Made by a program: the position numbers and the translations under genes. Below, piece by piece: positions 1-771 of a stretch of DNA of 771 nt (its first letter is position 1; each line of letters starts with the position of its first letter). The notes beneath the pieces were generated by a model. That model saw only the letters and a list, made by a program, of their open reading frames with translations, had not been told where the DNA came from and ran no database searches. Origin of the DNA: a phage; sequence record AF039871.1; one strand, written 5' to 3'.

Positions 1-54
1 TAACAGAGAANACGAGCCAAAATGACTCGGTAATCAGAGTTCAGCTAATAAAAA

Positions 55-447
55 TCATTCATCATTCAGGCCTGGAACATAGATCCCAACACGGTTTAAC
101 TGTTCTTTAGCTTCTTTGAGAGTATCTGGAGTGTACTCCCAAATATCATCTTCCACCCGTAAAAGATGGGGCGAACAACCATCATCAGGCACACGACATA
201 TAGCCAAACCACGTGGATGGAACAAAGAGAAATTTAGTGCAACAATTAAACCCATAGCAGACAATTCATTCCAATCCAATTCCCATTCCCCAGCGTAGCC
301 TGATAGGAAAACACCAATACAGGGATCGTCTATTTGCTGCTCCGGAAAAGTGAAGGAGGCTTGTCTTACCCCCAACCAACGTTGTAGCAGCTTCTCTGCA
401 CACTTCACCAAACTAGGATCAATCTGACGCCAATATATTTGTTCCAT
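55..447 (-). CDS. Hypothetical protein, 130 aa; small, acidic, Trp-rich, no signal peptide or transmembrane segment evident; family not recognised; downstream member of a tandem paralog pair
   Basis: Uninterrupted 130-codon ORF on the minus strand, ATG at 447..445 and TGA stop at 57..55. AGGAGG sits 4 nt upstream of the ATG (minus-strand reading CTAAGGAGGCACAATG). This part of the read has no N calls. Counting the translation gives 21 Asp+Glu against 11 Lys+Arg, 5 Trp and 4 Cys, with a hydrophilic N-terminus (MEQIYWRQIDPSLVK). Its C-terminal ~30 residues are paralogous to the upstream gene's C-terminus, supporting a real conserved coding sequence rather than a chance ORF. Confidence 0.8.
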   Translation of the reverse strand: MEQIYWRQIDPSLVKCAEKLLQRWLGVRQASFTFPEQQIDDPCIGVFLSGYAGEWELDWNELSAMGLIVALNFSLFHPRGLAICRVPDDGCSPHLLRVEDDIWEYTPDTLKEAKEQLNRVGIYVPGLNDE

Positions 448-451
448 TGTG

Positions 452-457
452 CCTCCT
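452..457 (-). promoter_or_regulatory. Shine-Dalgarno ribosome-binding site (AGGAGG) for the 55..447 CDS
   Basis: Reverse complement of plus 447..460 reads CTAAGGAGGCACAATG: a perfect AGGAGG core, 4-nt spacer (CACA), then ATG. The SD overlaps the TAA stop (457..459) of the upstream gene by one base, indicating translational coupling. Confidence 0.75.
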
Positions 458-771
458 TAGGCAGTTAAACCCGGAATTTGATAACCAAANCGACGAAGTT
501 TTTGGATANCATCATTTACTTCTTCCGGTGAGTAAGACCAACCGTAATGTTCATTAACTTGAAAGCCAGGAGATTCACTGGGTTTTANAGTTAACANCAA
601 TACGGTGTTTATTAGGCATAANCAGCTTATAGNTTAAATGCAAAAACCAAGGCCAATTCATCCAACTCTTCCAAGCCGGNNAATCTCCNTCAANGNCATC
701 CNCTACCTGCACANTTTAACCAANTCAAGGGAGCTTCTCAATCTCCCCTTTAAANGCCANGGNGATTCNTG
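457..771 (-). CDS. Partial CDS (3' portion; 5' end lies beyond the window edge) encoding a paralog of the 55..447 product; reading frame disrupted in the low-quality, N-containing part of the read
   Basis: Minus-strand frame ending at TAA (457..459) is open for 58 codons (plus 633..460) and translates to ...LCLINTVLxLTxKPSESPGFQVNEHYGWSYSPEEVNDxIQKLRRFGYQIPGLTA*. This aligns with the C-terminus of the 130-aa protein (...LAICRVPDDGCSPHLLRVEDDIWEYTPDTLKEAKEQLNRVGIYVPGLNDE*), sharing W-Y-(S/T)-P, L, R-(F/V)-G, (I/V)-P-G-L. Further upstream a different frame (plus ~689..630) gives GLEELDELALVFAF, which aligns with GEWELDWNELSAMGLIVALNF of the 130-aa protein. The frame switch falls at N calls (622, 633), so a read indel is likely. 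The 5' extent is undetermined. Confidence 0.55.

Noticed and set aside
13-30. Possible terminator hairpin downstream of the 55..447 CDS
   Set aside because: Only a 4-bp stem (CGAG/CTCG) with a 9-nt loop is present, with no following T-tract on the minus strand, and an N at position 11 obscures the flank. This is too weak to call an intrinsic terminator, so the operon may continue past the window edge.
54-67. Tandem duplication of the heptamer ATCATTC (x2) at the 3' end of the CDS
   Set aside because: It spans the stop codon and last codons of the CDS and is only two copies of 7 nt, consistent with chance or codon-level repetition. There is no evidence of a functional repeat or insertion-site duplication.
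116-298. Plus-strand 60-aa ORF from the six-frame track (MRVSGVYSQ...)
   Set aside because: It lies entirely antisense within the well-supported minus-strand CDS, begins at a TTG rather than ATG (plus 116..118), has no recognisable ribosome-binding site upstream, and gives a low-complexity Ser/Lys/Arg-rich translation. It is most likely a chance antisense ORF.
457-771. Calling the upstream copy a definite pseudogene
   Set aside because: The frame disruptions coincide with N calls in the low-quality tail of the read, so sequence error is at least as likely as genuine inactivation. It is listed as a partial CDS with reduced confidence instead.
1-771. CRISPR repeats, tRNA/rRNA, insertion-sequence inverted repeats or integrase-type signatures
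   Set aside because: No repeated 25-40-nt units, no cloverleaf-compatible segments, and no terminal inverted repeats were seen on either strand. The window is essentially filled by the two minus-strand coding regions.

Overview
This 771-bp window looks like a single-pass, low-quality read: the ambiguous bases (N) are mostly beyond position 480, clustering toward the 3' end. It appears bacterial and moderately AT-rich (GC content judged by eye, not computed). The minus strand carries essentially all the signal: (i) a complete 130-codon ORF at 55..447 with a canonical AGGAGG ribosome-binding site 4 nt upstream of its ATG, and (ii) immediately upstream, the 3' part of a second minus-strand gene whose TAA stop (457..459) overlaps that ribosome-binding site. 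The C-terminus of the upstream gene is clearly paralogous to the C-terminus of the 130-aa protein, so this is a tandem, translationally coupled pair of small paralogous genes. I do not recognise the family from memory; the product is a small, acidic, Trp-rich, apparently cytoplasmic protein. The upstream copy shows frame breaks that coincide with N calls, so read error cannot be separated from genuine pseudogenisation. No RNA genes, CRISPR repeats, mobile-element ends or convincing terminators were seen. Any functional interpretation, such as an immunity-protein-like array, is speculation.
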